Counted from the first letter of the stretch, positions 35,302 to 49,215 are shown. The stretch is 64,000 bases of DNA from Perkinsus chesapeaki ATCC PRA-425 (GCA_013115145.1 JAAPAO010000021.1:62001-126000); one strand, 5' to 3'. Made by a program: numbers and translations. The notes: a model not told the origin generated them from the sequence alone.

Positions 35302-38300
35302 TTACTTCCGCCTCCTCTTCTGTGGACCAACCTGCTTCTTCAGCGTGCGTACATGAGCCTGAAGATTCTTAAGCTTGTCCGATGCCCTCATTTGTCTGCG
35401 GTTCTTGATGCCTGAACAACACATCCGTCACAGCAGCGGGCCGCCGCGGGCGTCATGCAGCAGCCTACGTTCGCTATTCATTCCCATCATCATCGGCTTA
35501 TTCCTTCGTTTTTCCTTATTAGTAGTGCCTCCTCTACGATCCCTATTCTTGTAGTGATCCTTACTGTCCCTTCCCTCCTTCACAGCTAACAGCTTCTCTT
35601 GCTTCTTCGTCATCTTATTCTGACCATGGACCTTCTTCGCCCCCACCAGGCTCTCCGGATTGACAAGCCAATCGGCAGCGTCCCCTCTCGCCTCCTGACA
35701 CGATACAGCCGTCAAGTAAACGTGTGGCAGCAGCCCTGAACTATACCTCATCATCAGACTCGCTAGAGCTTCCCTCATCATCACTAGAGTACAGGTTACC
35801 AGCCTCCTCCTCATACCTACCACAGCACACTGCCTGTGAATGGGCTAATATCGCCTCCTTACTCCTTCCTAGCAGCCTGATCACCAAGCTGGAGCTGCAT
35901 GGCCTGTCGAAGCCTTAGTTTGCGCAACTTCTTAAAGTCATCATCACCAAGTACGACCTGGTCATAGTGGGTATAACAGCCCACTTGAATACTAGACTAC
36001 CTCAGCCGCTATCTTGGCTCGCTTGGCTGGCCGCTCCTCCTCCTCTTCATCCTCCTCCTCCTCTTCATCCTCCCCCTCAGCAGGATCTGAGTATTAAAAA
36101 CAGTCGAATAGTCCAGGCTACACTGTGTCCTAATTATTGCCCTTACCTTCCTCGTTCTCCCCTTCTTCTTCTTCTTCATCATCATCGCTTGCCTCCTCCA
36201 TGTCATCTAACAATGCCATGCTGTAGACTCCACCGGCTAGCTGCCCTTACCAGAATCTATCTCTAGCTCATCCTCTTCTTCCTCCTCATTATCACTCTCA
36301 CCCTCTTCTTTTTCTTCATCCATCAAATCATCACGGTTAAGCAAAGCGGCACCGTAGACATCATCAGCCACTTCTTCCCTGAGCAAACAAATTTATGGTA
36401 GCATACCACCGTGGCAGAGCCGGCAATACTTTCCACTGGTCTGCGGGAACACCAGACTAAACCCTTTCTGCTCCCCCTTTCCCTACTACCTTCCATAAAC
36501 AGGACGAGAGTCAACTCCCTTAGAGATAGCCTCACTCGCCTCCTTGCCTCTTAATGACCTTTGTAGCATAGAAGGATACCTACCAGCCACAAGGGTAATC
36601 ATAACCGACACTTCAAGACCTACACTTCTCTGTAGAGGTTCATCAGGGCCTTGCCGGCAATGGCCACTGATTTGGACTGACGGTACTTCCTGTACTCGAT
36701 GAGATCAGCTAGCTGGTCAGCATCCAATGCCTACGAGGCACATGACCATCAGCAGGGATGATACCGACTTACCAATGGGGCGCGTGAACAAATCTCACGG
36801 ACGGCATTGAGGCCGACGGCCATCACCTCTGGAGGGCAGCTTTCCGAAATGAAGTTGTTAATAACGTGTCGGACCACCGGCTGCAGCTCTGTTGGAGGGA
36901 CCTAAAGGACACTATCCTCCACGGCGGCACACATGGAGGGTTACCTGGGGATGGCAGGCAGTGGCCAGACAGGCGAGGGTCTTGGTGACATCTCTGTTGC
37001 TTGGCTTAAGCTGTCTCTGCAAGAACGGGTACCTGCAGCCACAGTCTAAGTGAATCAACCGTTAGCTCTTACAGGTTTAGCAAGATAAGCTCGTGCCTTC
37101 CAACAAGGCGACAGCAAAGAGATAACAGCAAAGAGCGATTGGTAAAGGTAATCTAAAAGGTTACGAAGATGCCAGCGAAACTCGCGCTCTTCTCATACCG
37201 TTTCAGTGCCTTGGGCAGCACAACGCTGCAACAGACGTTCGGCGAAGTTCTGGGGATCATGTAGCAAATCGATAGCGGTGAAGTCGGTAGCTGGGGACAG
37301 TCGTCCACGTTGGCAAGTGACGGGTGCTTACTTCCAACGTCCCCTTTCCCTTCTATCTCCTTCCTCTTCTTTTCAGCTGCCTTCTTTGCCCTCTCAAGCC
37401 TCTTAGTCTTCCCCTTAGTCTTCTTACCAGCACCAGTCATCTCCTGTGCAACCCTATCAACCTCCTTCTGAGCTGCCTCGGCCTCCTCCGCCTCCGAGTC
37501 ATGCCCATCTCCAGATGCCGTCATCTTCGCCAGGAAGTTGTTACCAAGGAACAGATGGACTGCCGCAGTGCTGACTTTATTGGCAGCCTCGGAGCCCGAC
37601 AACAGGCAGACTTCAGCAAGGGCGTTAACCTGAGGGCCACCCTGCACTCTGCCCCCTCCGGAGCCATAGGCACTCACCGCCGAGCTGTCCCTCCATGCCC
37701 GCTTCATGTAGAGCCCAATCATGAGGCCTGCTGCTCCCCTAAGGAGAGCTTCATTGCTCGCCGAGGTGGCCCCTAACCGAGACAGCTACTCTGAATTTGA
37801 CTACAACAGATTCGCACCCTTGCCAGAGTTCTTGATGATTTGCTGGACCAAGAAGTTCTGAACGTCTTTGCGTAACACTCCCGGTGCAGGATCCAAATAC
37901 TTCGACTTGTGCTCCTCCGTGCTTGCCTCCGCGGCGGCATCTAACACCCCCCACCATAAGCCCTATTAATGCCCCCGAATGCCCAGCACTACCATTCCCT
38001 TTATTGAGGCGACGCTTCCTCTTCTTTCCAACTGCCTTGCCCGACGTTGCCGTGGAATTTGCAATATCACTCAGTAGGGATTCTGCAAGGCAACTGAACC
38101 TCTGTGGTTACCCGGTCTCCCTACTGTGAAGCGTCCGACGAAGCTCCTTATCGTCACAGGCAAATAACCGGAACAAAGTGGGAAGAATCTTCATCAAAGG
38201 GATCATGCCACGAGAACGGATCAACAGCAGAGCGCTGACCATCGACCCTGAAACCGTCAAGCTACGGTTTTGAAGAGAGGAACGCTTTACTTCTGGCTTC

Positions 38301-38796
38301 GGGATGAAGCTGCTGTGGATCCTTGCTGAGATAACGGAGGAGCATCTCTGGGAAGTTAAGCTCTTCACGAAGGTTAGGATAGCAGTGGTACCTATGAGGG
38401 CACCCTAGGCCTGCTGGACACCAACGATGCTTACACATGGGCGATAAACATAGTAAGCTCATTAAAGCTCTTTTGTGGACGGCCCGGTCTCAGCTGCAGA
38501 GTCTCAGCAGTCGAACGGAAATGCTCGAACCTGGCAGGATCACCGTTATAGCAGTAACTGCCAACAGTAACCCCCCTACTGTCTGCGATAGTCTTCTATG
38601 TAGGCCTCGGGATCTCTCCTGATGAAGTTCTGCAGCTGTGGGAGGGACAGGCCTACGATAACACAAAGAGATGTTAGCCTTCTTCCTCCATCTCTAAAGG
38701 GTTTCAGATCTCATTGTTACTGTTTTCATCCTGATCCTCATCACCACTCTTCCGGGCCGCTTTGGCCTTGATAGGCTTATGATGCTTAGGAGGCAT
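35302..38796 (-). CDS. SDA1: SDA1/SDAD1 60S biogenesis factor, many introns
   Basis: LLLIRSRGMI..LFRLFACDDKELRRTLH, MIGLYMKRAWRD, acidic middle region, GGTTNKEKRRNKPMMM, basic tail KKQVGPQKRRRK*. Confidence 0.88.
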
Positions 38797-39163
38797 ATAG
38801 TGAGAGAAGAAAGACTCAACACTAGACCTGACCAAATACTTACTACTCAAACGCCCTAAGACTCTTAGGCTAAGAGGTAACAAGTACGTGTCCAGTACAA
38901 GCCATGCATGGCAAGCATTTCTCAATTCAATGACAGTTGGGACGCGCGCGACGGAAAAACGCGGGGCGAAGCGCTGAGACGCATCTCGACTTGGGGTTGA
39001 GGGTTGAATTGAACCGCTCTTTTCTAAGGATGCGGCGGCCGGTGGTCATTTGGTTCCTTGATGCCTCTGGGCCTTCATCCTTTACCATGTCTTCGACATA
39101 TTGCATCTTAGACCAGCTGCTGCTTAATTTATTTCTCTTAAAGGAACCCTTTTACCATTTATA

Positions 39164-40645
39164 ATGCCAGTGCATTCCTCCCGTCCAGTGGCCCATCCTG
39201 TTATCTTCACCTACGATGAGCTCAAAGATCCTCAATCAGACCTCACAGACCGTATACTGCAGGTAACCTCTACGCCTAGAGTCCATACCGTATTTCCTCT
39301 TCATCAGGCCTTCGGTAGGGACTCTCTCGGCCTTTGCTGTGTCAGTGGCGTCCCCGCTTATCAGGAACGTCGACAGGCTTTGTTACCGAAGATCCACAGC
39401 CTCGGTAAATTGCCTCCGTCGACGCTGCAGAAGTAAGTCCACCATTCGTACGGTAGTTCGTATTGCACTACCCAGATACGCCCTACCAGAGGCCTTCTAT
39501 AACGTTGGTTGGTCCCATGGTATCGAGAAGCTTGGCGGTGGTAGACCTGACTTGGGCAAAGGATCCTTCTATGCCAACCCACTATTTGAGGATCCAGGCG
39601 AATTGGTGAGCTCATAGTGACCGGTACGAATCTCTTCTTGCGCTAGAATCGACTTGATGTAATGAAAACACTGTCGCATGGACGCCTTCGGAACCTTGTC
39701 TGCTCCTCCCTCGTGCCACTATGAGAGGGTGAACCATCAGGTTGAAGTCGGGGTGCTCCTCTCTAGTCTTTAATAAAGAATGTATCGCCACGCTATTGCT
39801 TATTAATTTAGGACCCTACCGCTCGAGAGCGTCATCCAGCATGTGCTACTCCAAACGTATGGCCCGAGGAGGTATCGGGCTTTCGTGAGGCATTCATTGA
39901 CTCTGGGGAGCTACTTGCTGAAGTTGGCGTCATGCTAGCCGGACATATGGACAAGGCCTGCCAGGCTCATGGAATTAAGGGCTGCAGTCTAGTCGAAGGT
40001 AGACCGATAGTTCCGCTCCACTTTAATATTGTACATCCCTCAGCGACGTTCAAGAACTCTCGTCTTTGTTGTGGCCGAGCCCTACACTACTATCCTCTCA
40101 AAAAGGAAGACCTCACTCATGCCTCGGAGGACTCCTGGTGTGGTTGGCATAATGACAACTCTGTTATCACCGGCCTTTTCTCGCCTATGATTCTGGATGA
40201 CGCTACGGGAATGCCGAGTACCAAGGCGGAGGACCCAGCGGCCGGCCTCTATGCCCAGAATCGACGGGGAGAGGTTCTCAAGATCCAGCTGCCTCCCGAT
40301 TGCATCGCCTTCCAACTGGGCGAGGCTGCTCAGATTATGACTGGTGGTCACTTGGTGGCCACTCCCCACATGGTCAAGGGTTCCTCTGTCACCGATGTAT
40401 CTCGGGAGCAGCTGGCTGTGTTCTTTGAGCCTGACTGGGATAGGGTCATGGGCCTACCAGATGGTATCGCTATGGATGACATGGTCAATGCTGGAGCTAA
40501 CATACCGGAGGTGCCACATCTGTCTAAACGTTATCATGGTCCTTCGGTAACGTTTGGTCAGTTCTTGGAGGACTCTTTCCGTGAATATTATAACATGAAA
40601 CTGTCTACGGGCGTCGAAGGCGATAAAACCGTTGAGGCTATGTAG
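39164..40645 (+). CDS. 2-oxoglutarate/Fe(II)-dependent oxygenase (isopenicillin-N-synthase-like family)
   Basis: SWCGWHNDNS (HxD), QLGEAAQIMTGGHLVATPHMV (distal His), SREQLAVFFEP; several GT-AG introns. Confidence 0.88.
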
Positions 40646-41368
40646 CCCCACACCTACTCAACCATGCTACTTTATCCAACAAGTTGCCTTTGAATGTTAA
40701 AAGCCGATGGGTTTTCCGAACACTTCTGGGCCTCGCTTCACAGAGTGTTCTTGACGGACGGACCAGTACTGTTTTGTTTAGTTAAGGCTGACACTAGCAA
40801 TAAACAGGCGCATGCTTGAAGACCGCCCAGCTCGACATCAAACTTGGGTTTTCGGGTTTCGAAAAGCTGCGAGGGAAATTGCCTCCTTGCTCGTTTTCCT
40901 TTTCAATTTCCATTGAGCACGATTGCTATTGTTTTACTATCGTGACAATAACAGTGTCCAGAACAATGACGTATCCTGTGGATCATGGACCAAGTCTATT
41001 AGACATTCTTACCACCATGAGAGTGACTCTACCTATTATCGATAGGAACGATTGCATATAGGTGAAGTACGAGGAGATTGATACTGAATGATGATGCCAC
41101 TTGACAATCAACATCGATCATACAGATAACACAAAGAATGATGTGGTGTGGATTTGGGAATAGTCACATGTGGCCATCTTCAACGAACGAAAGGAATTTA
41201 CTCTGCAATAGTCAGTTGGCCGCGCATTGGCCAAGTCACTACCATGACAGTGTGTACTCAATTCAACGTAACAGTAGAGCTGAAATGATACTCAATCCAA
41301 CTCAATTAAGGCATTCATATTGAAACGGAAATAACATCATGTTTAAAAAGTATTCTGTAGCATTCAAC

Positions 41369-43061
41369 TTACAATTGATCCAAACTATCCTTTAAACTAC
41401 GGATGAGATCATCGGCATCCTAAAACAAAATAATTACACAACCGAGTCAATGACGAGTATCTTACCTCGACCCCTACAGAGACTCGAATGAAACCATCAA
41501 CGATGCCAAGTCTTTGTCTGTCCTCGGGAAGCATGTTAGCATGTGTCATAACAGCACAGGCTGTAATGATAGACTCGGTGGCACCAAGATTCTCACACAG
41601 AGACCATGGACGCTGAAGGGCCAATGAAGAGATGGCGAGGAAGAGGAGCATCTACCTGGATGGAGTTCATAAGCTTAGTACCGGCATCGGAGCCTCCAAC
41701 GACATCAAACCAGAGCATGCCACCGTGAAGGTTATTCCTGAATAGCAGAGCTGACCTTAAATGGTGAATTGCGGGAGCATCGGTGATACCTGTGGAGCTT
41801 CTTGGCGAGCTCGTGCTGAGGGTGCGACTCGAGACCAGGATAGATGACGCGAGAGCATTTAGGATGGCCTTCGAGGAACTTGCAGATCTTCATGGCAGTT
41901 TCCGATTGGCGCTGAATCCTGACGGAAGGAATGGACGACCGGTCTACAGACAGCCGCGGCTCCTCACCGCAGTTCCATCGTTTTGACGGTCTGCATCTGA
42001 ATAAAGGCCACAAACGGTGACATGATATTGCCGTGCATGTTCTGGACAAACTTCATGCGCTGGCAAAGCTCCTTGGTACGGCAGGCCAGAGCACCACCTA
42101 CCAAATATGCTCGAGCTGTAGGACGAAAGCAACCCGGTCTGACCTGTGGTGATGTTGTGGCCGTCATAGTACTTGGTCGTAGACTGCAAAGTGACATCGG
42201 CACCGAAGTCCATCGGGCGGCAGATGACAGGAGTGGCAAACGTGCTGTCACAAACATGAACGATGCCCTTCTCCCGGCAAAGGGCCGATACTGCCTCGAG
42301 GTCGACCAGCCTTAATAGAGGGTTGGTCGGGGTCTCCGAGAATACCTACAAAAGTTTCGATGTACACATCAGACGGTACAGATTTTCCGTTACCATTTTG
42401 GTATTGGGTTTGATGGCCTTCTTGATGTTTTCAATATCAGTCATATCAACAAAGGAGAACTCCATTCCCAATGGGATGAACTGTTCTCGCATAATCCTAC
42501 ACACCGAAAACAACGGTCAGCTGTCGACAGCCACGGCTTCAAAGGCCTCCAATATCTACCTGTTGGTGCCACCGTAGCTGCACTCGGTAACAACAGCGTG
42601 ATCACCGGTCTTCATCAAGGCACACACTACAGTAGTGGTAGCAGCCATACCTGTACTGAAGATTACCAACTAGGTAATACGAGCTCTTACCGGTTCCGAA
42701 AGCAGCGGCGCCACCGGGAGCCTTCTCGAGCTCGGCGATCTTGGCCTCGTAGGCACTAACAGTTGGGTTGGAACTACGAGTGTAGCTGAAGCCCTGAAAG
42801 AAAGCAATGGCTTAAGAGTAAGGTAAGATTCTCGATGACCAACCTTGGCGAGGTACTTATCGACCGACTCTTGGACAAAAGTGGTAGATAGGAAAACTGG
42901 GGTGAGGATTGCTCCGGTTTCATTGTCAGGAGAGACAGCTGAGTGAACCTATTGAAGGATACCAGTCGAGGTCTATGTTGCAAGATTCCTACGAGCTCAG
43001 TTCCCATACCAAGGGGACCGGGGATCCACTCGCCAGCGACGGTCTTCTTATCAGAGGACAT
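41369..43061 (-). CDS. Cystathionine gamma-lyase / Cys-Met metabolism PLP enzyme
   Basis: [39 protein letters not shown] (PLP Lys), [31 protein letters not shown]. Exact substrate not determinable. Confidence 0.9.
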
Positions 43062-43173
43062 CTGTCTCGATGAAAAAATGAGCCAACTGTAAAAGAACAG
43101 TTGATCTGTACACTAATCGCCTTCAATTAATCGATACGTTTGAAGCGGCGTTCATGTCCCCGTTGGATCATAG

Positions 43174-44885
43174 TTCAATCGAGCTAGCGCGCGCCCTAGT
43201 GATCGATTTTTTGATAGACTATCGAAGGCAGATGTACTCTCCGATGGAGGCCATCAGGTAGGCTCCGATCGGCTTCAAACTCCATCTGCTATCCGCGCTC
43301 TCCCTATGGGAAATGTCTTCACTAGGATTGGTCGGTATTCTCCTCTATCGACGGTTCATTTATATACGGTATTATTGGGATTTGTGTAGGGATGTGTCAA
43401 CAGCCTATGTTGGTCTGATGATGGTCAATTCCTCCTTACCGGTAGCGATGACAGACGTCTAGCTCTATGGAGGTTTGACAATCACGATTTCGACAGTGCT
43501 TCGGCTAAGCGACCAGTTCGCCTATTGGAGACCGGTGGGTCCAGCGGGGTGTCAGCAGCCTTCTCAAGTGGCCGGTCTCAGGGCACAGTCTCAATATCTT
43601 TCACGGTCGGTTCTTCCCGGGCAGCACATCGCTGATTGCCAGCTGCAGCCTTGACGCCTCCGTACGAGTTCACGACATCACCACTTCTACCAACATAGTG
43701 TGTAGCACCGCTCATCGGGAGAGGGTTAAAAAACTAGTAAGACTGCGTTCCGTACCCCACAGATCTCCACCATACCAAAGGTGCTGCCATGGGACTGCCC
43801 TTCCCTGGTGATATCCTGCAGCCACGATGGAACTATAAGGCAGATGGACATCAGAGATCCAGCATCATGCAAGAGCCCTGATGTAGGCGCCCCTGTGGGA
43901 CGGTGGGCTACACTGCGAGCTTCAGATACTGGCCAGTTGGAGCGAAGGCATCAATGGTATCAGCGGTGGGTGGAATCTTCGACCATATTCCTTACTAGCC
44001 GGTGGGGAGCGGCCGACACTTAGTGTGTATGATCGGCGGCGAATGCATGCGTTGCAGTGTGGTGACAGCACGGCCTCGCCGTGCGTGGTTGCCGAACTCC
44101 AAGGGCCCGACCCTGCTATATCCGATGCTGATTTGAAGGAGCTATGTGTTAGTGGTGTATGTTTATCCCAAAGTGGTAGAGTAGGTATTGGTTCATGGAT
44201 GAATGGTGAAGGTATATATGCATTTGATATTGATAATCCTAATAAACCTATTGGTCCACCATTTAAAGGACATGCTAACTCACGTACAGTTAAAGAAGTA
44301 TCATTTATTGGATTAAATCAAGAATATATTGCCAGTGGTAGCGATGATGGTAACTGGTTTGCATGGCGACTACATGGGCCTTCTCACTGTGAGCAAGCGG
44401 ACTCAGGGTCTCCGCCATCTCCTGTGGACTCACGGCTTGTCCATGTTGGTCTTGAGGCCGATCTCGAAGTGGTGAACTGTGTCCAGCAGCATCCCTCTCA
44501 GTGCTGTGTGGTCACCTCTGGCATCGAAGATGACATTAAAGTGTGGCGTCCTGAACGAGCTGTCACATTTCATCATCGCCGGCAGTCGGTGCGTGATGAT
44601 CCGAGACTGCGGCAGATAGTGACGGAGAATCTCAGCAGGACGGCTGACACTCAGGGGCTAAGTAACTTTATCCTTACCATTCTTCGTCGAAGATTCCCTC
44701 AAGCTCGCAACATCCAAAGGTTTGGCTCCACTGTAGTGTTTACGAGGTCACCGTCCTCATCGTCAGAGAGCAGTGACCCAGCTGTTGAGTCCAGCGATGC
44801 CAGCTTCACAGAGGCCATTTCCTTGGAGGTTCAATCGGCTCTCACTTCTACGGACCAGGAATCCCTCGATGATGATGACGACTGA
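43174..44885 (+). CDS. DCAF8/DCAF6-like WD40 protein, copy 1 (start unresolved)
   Basis: GGHQ/GCVNSLCWSDDG..GSDD, GHSLNIFHGRFFP, YDRRRM, FKGHANSRTVKEVSF, YIASGSDDG, VVNCVQQHP..VTSGIEDDIKVW. Confidence 0.85.
44151..44372 (+). repeat. 222-bp AT-rich coding tract, 218/222 identical to 45993-46214
   Basis: Direct comparison; about 36% GC, with nearly all silent third positions A/T. Confidence 0.95.
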
Positions 44886-45010
44886 CGGCATGTATGATGA
44901 TCGGCCCAGTATGGAAGGAGTCATCACAGTGGGCGTGTAATTATTGCCTAGTTTCACAACGGACATACCTACGCAGTGTTCGTGCCCTTGGCTTATTGCA
45001 TCTCAGCTCC

Positions 45011-46863
45011 ATGTCATTTTATGACCGGCATCAGTGCCGCCCCCGCCGCTACAACTGCCTCCCTGGGGGCTACCATCTTCTGGGGGCTCGAAGCCTCTCG
45101 GCGAACTGGCGCATGTATCCAGCCAGATTGAAACGAAGTGAGGTTGATCTCGACGCTCACGCAGTAAGTCCCGGTAGGGTTGGCGCCCCCTATCTCCCTT
45201 GGTCGATTGTTGACTCCCTTCAGGGCTGTGTCAACACCTTATGTTGGTCTGAGGATGGCCAGCTGCTGCTATCGGGCAGCGATGACACACATCTGATGCT
45301 ATGGCGATATAGCGATATTACGGCTCGAGAGGGACTAGGGGGAACATGTCGGCCGGCGGAGATCATTCACACAGGTCGGATAGGCATGGTTGGTAGTGGA
45401 GCTGGAGCAGCTTTGGGGAGCAGGTCATAGCAGCAACATATTTCACAGCCGGTTCTTCCCGGACCGATCATTCCTTGTGGCCAGCTGTAGCCTGGACGGC
45501 AGTGTGAAGGTCATTGACATCGAGAACGGTATAGTGCTGGAGACCAGCAGTGCCCACAAGGATATGGTCACCAAACTGGTACGCCCTCGCCTCGGCTTGA
45601 TCGACTTGTGCTTATCAGGTGATACCATGGGACAGTCCTCAGTTGGTCATATCGTGTAGTGCTGACTCTACCATACGGCAGTTTGACCTCAGAGCAGGAC
45701 CGTCATCGTCGGAAATCCTCTCCCGGTGGGCAGACTGGCGAGGCGGCATCAATGCTATCAGCGGTGGATGGGCCATGCGACCCTACTCGGTGAGATTACT
45801 ACCATTGCTTCCTTTAAAGAGAGTGCATTCTACCAGATCCTAGCTGGTGGAGATTGGCCTGTAGTGCAGCTGTATGATAGAAGGCGGATGGGGTTGGACG
45901 GTCGAGCTAGCCACTCAGCACCAGGGCCTCAGCCAGTGGTCAGCCTTCGGGGACCTGCTATGAGCAATAGTCGAACTGAAAGGCTAACAGTCAGTGGTGT
46001 ATGCCTATCCCAAAGTGGTAGAGTAGGTATTGGTTCATGGATGAATGGTGAAGGTATATATGCATTTGATATTGATAATCCTAATAAACCTATTGGTCCA
46101 CCATTTAAAGGACATGCCAACTCACGTACAGTTAAAGAAGTATCATTTATTGGATTAAATCAAGAATATGTTGCCAGTGGTAGCGATGATGGTAACTGGT
46201 TTGCATGGCGACTAAGGCAGGGACATTCCAGCATCGTCCAGGAGATGGCGTCCTGCGATGACCCCGACTCTGGGACGGTCGGCTTCCCTATCGACCCTCG
46301 ACTTTGCCATGTCGGTCTCAACGCGGATTCCGAGGTCGTCAACTGTGTACAGCAGCACCCCACTGACTTCTGCGTGGCCACCGCTGGCATCGACAACGAC
46401 ATCAAAATTTGGCGCCCTTCTGGGGATCGCTCCGTCCGACCAAGTGTCACTGATATCCGACGGATCTGCCGTGAGAACTCCCTCTTGGAGTTCGGCCGCA
46501 GCAGCAACAGCATAGCTTCAATGAGCGCAATGCTCCGTTTACTAGGTGAACAGCTTAGACGGAGCGAAGTTGATGATAGCAGTGAGGATGAGGCGGAGCT
46601 CGAAGCTCGGAGGCGACTCAGGGAACTGGTAATACTGGCAGTAGGGTTAGCAGCAGCAGTGGGGGGGTCTAATGCGTGTATTGATTCAGTTGACAAGTAT
46701 GGCGGGGGAACAATCCGACTCGGACGATGACATGGAAGATGAACTTCTGAGTGATGACGATGATGACGAGGATAACGAGCGACCGAATGATAGCGATGAT
46801 GAAGACTCACCGCCAGATCCGGCCAGGCGGCGACCACGTATGATCAGATGCCTCCAGCAGTGA
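45011..46863 (+). CDS. DCAF8-like WD40 protein, copy 2, predicted C-terminal CaaX (CLQQ)
   Basis: DAHA/GCVNTLCWSEDG, YDRRRM, GHANSRTVKEV, ATAGIDNDIKIW. An acidic tail ends RMIRCLQQ* after an inferred final intron. Confidence 0.85.
45993..46214 (+). repeat. 222-bp AT-rich coding tract, 218/222 identical to 44151-44372
   Basis: Direct comparison. Confidence 0.95.
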
Positions 46864-47041
46864 GTGCTGATGTCACATTTTTAAACAGTTGTTGTTGTAT
46901 ATGTTGTTGTTTGTTTGCTCCCATTTCTGGACTGCTCCTGCTTCATGATGCTCACCGTTTCCTTCTCATGGTGTTGACTGGATGGGCTGCTGCTGCAGAC
47001 GACAGTTGTAGTTCATTTTATTGTTGGTTCGACTGGTGTGA

Positions 47042-48900
47042 ATGCAGATCGACCGACTTAAACAGCTCCAAGACGCTGCCCGAGATAGAGGCGTCGTCGT
47101 CAAGGTACTACTCCCTTCCTCAAAGTCACCATATGGACTTCCTAATAGGTCAACTTGCTCGGTCTGGCAGCGGCCACCGCGGCTACTGCTGCTGGTGCGG
47201 CGGCGGTGGCCACTTCCGCGGCGACAACTGCTGGTGGTGTAGCCGGGAAGCCCAGCCCGGTATTCGATGACTCTGCCATGCCAACCGATACTAGCGCACC
47301 AGGCACTCCTCAGGATGGAAAAATCGGCACTGGTAGTGGCCGATGCGACGAGTGGGTATGGCGACGAGGCTGCTCTGTTGTCAGGAACCGAAGTGGCTGC
47401 TTTCCTTGGTGTGTCTTGGAAGGCATCGGAGGCAAAAGCGGAGGCGGAGAAGAGGCAGGCCATGGATGAGTTCTACACCCAAGCAGGTCGGTGAAGGGCG
47501 GCACTTGTTTACATTCCCTATGTGCTGTTGGTGATCAGGCGATGTCCAAAGGAACCTCGGCCAGATTAATAAGAACTTGGATCAGTTAGACCAGAAGCGG
47601 ATAGATGTTATTAATGCCACCAGCCAGCAACAGGAGCAAGGTGAGCTGGCAGAGGAGCTCGAAAGCCGTCGACGCACTGTGTCACATTTGCAGCCATCCG
47701 AGACGATGTCGATGAGATCGTCGGCGATGTCAACAGGGATATGGTGGGAACCAAGAAGAAGGTAGCAAGGTCGAATTTCGGGGCGCAGTGAAACTATTGT
47801 ATGTCAGATTGAGGCCATGGGTGAATCTACCAAAGCCTTCGAGGATAAGTTTGCGTCCAAGTGTCACATTGCATCGGAGCTTCGTATCCGTAACGGTATG
47901 GAGCAGGCCGGCCTAAGACGGCTGAATGAATATGTAAGTTGAGGAGTAAAAGAGGATGAGGAGGGCAGAACACTCGATCTGTTTCAGCTTAAACGTTTCC
48001 AAAAATTACAAACAGACTTTAATAGTGACATCCGAGAGAAGGCTCTTCGACAGTTGGCCATCGCTGTGCCGGCGGCCACAGAGGAGGAGGTAAGGCGCTA
48101 GTATCTGCTAGTAGCTCATTTCTATCTTTAGAGGGAGGCTATGGTGGACCAGGGTGTCCAACCGCAAGAGCAGTACTTCCGGTCGAAGCAGGACAGGATT
48201 ACCAAGCTGCAGGGCCTCAGGGACAGGTCAGCTCTCCTCCAAGCTGCTCAACGGGGGGATGTGGCGAGTGTGTAGGTATGAATCAATTCAACGACTGGAG
48301 CAGTCAATACAGGAAGTGAATCAAATGATGATTGAGCTAGCGGTGAGCTTCCATGGAGTCTCTAAGATGGTGGCGTTGATGGAGTCGTTGTGGCAGTTGC
48401 TTGTGGAACAGCAAGGAGAGATGCTGGACTCAATCGAGTTCAATGTTGTTAATACCAAGAACAATGCAGGTAGGAGATTGGCTACGGTTGAGGAGGTGAT
48501 GTGATGATGTTGTGTGGCAGCCCGTACCGAGCGAGCGTTGATTAAAGGCCGTAAGAAGCAGAAAAGGAATCTTTGGTTCAAGTTTTGCATATGTGTCTGC
48601 TGTGTCGTATGCATCCTTGCCTTGGTAAGTCTAAGCCATATCGCAGTGGTGGCGGACCTGCTGCTGCTGCTGCTCCTCAACTTTTCATAAAAGTTATTTT
48701 CATGCGACTTCTTCATTACATTTATATATTCCCTAGCCTCGCCCATATTTCCTTTTTCCCAGGTACTCGGTCTCCTATCCTACTTCAAGGTATTGTTCCC
48801 TCAACAGAGCAGGTAACCATTATTCATCATTCGTACCATTCCTCCTTTGTAAATTGTTTTTACCACCCCCTTAACCATTGCCTCTAGAGTGCGGTAGTCT
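47042..48900 (+). CDS. Syntaxin (Qa-SNARE), many introns; 3' end approximate
   Basis: N-peptide MQIDRLKQL; SNARE motif RYESIQRLEQSIQEVNQMMIELA/LLVEQQGEMLDSIEFNV; Cys-rich TM FKFCICVCCVVCILAL. Confidence 0.88.
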
Positions 48901-48913
48901 TATCATAATACTC

Positions 48914-48952
48914 GCTGCTGCTACTGATGCTGCTGATGCTGCTGATGCTGCC
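48914..48952 (+). repeat. (GCTGCTGAT)n short tandem repeat
   Basis: gctgctgctactgatgctgctgatgctgctgatgctgcc. Confidence 0.75.
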
Positions 48953-49215
48953 ATAACTGTTCTTCTAATTGTCATCATTGTAAATGTATCCGACTGTTGC
49001 TATCACCACTTCGACTGACTTAAGCCGCCACCGATGTTGTCGCCGCTGGTCATTCCACCACCAGGGTCTTCAAGTTGCTCTCTTTGGAGATTTCAGTACT
49101 ATATATTATCCATCCCTGACTCCCGCAGGGCAATTCGATCCCCCAGCAAGTGTTGTGTTCGTGCCTGTGATATGCCTCGACTTAGCGTTTAGCTTCCTCC
49201 CTATATCTGCATCTA

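Noticed and set aside
36007-36020. atcttggctc resembles part of the Perkinsus/dinoflagellate spliced leader
   Set aside because: Only about 10 nt match, it lies antisense within SDA1, and there is no downstream GT donor or Sm site.
39164-43061. 2OG oxygenase and PLP lyase as a metabolic cluster
   Set aside because: Convergent adjacency only; no pathway link can be supported.
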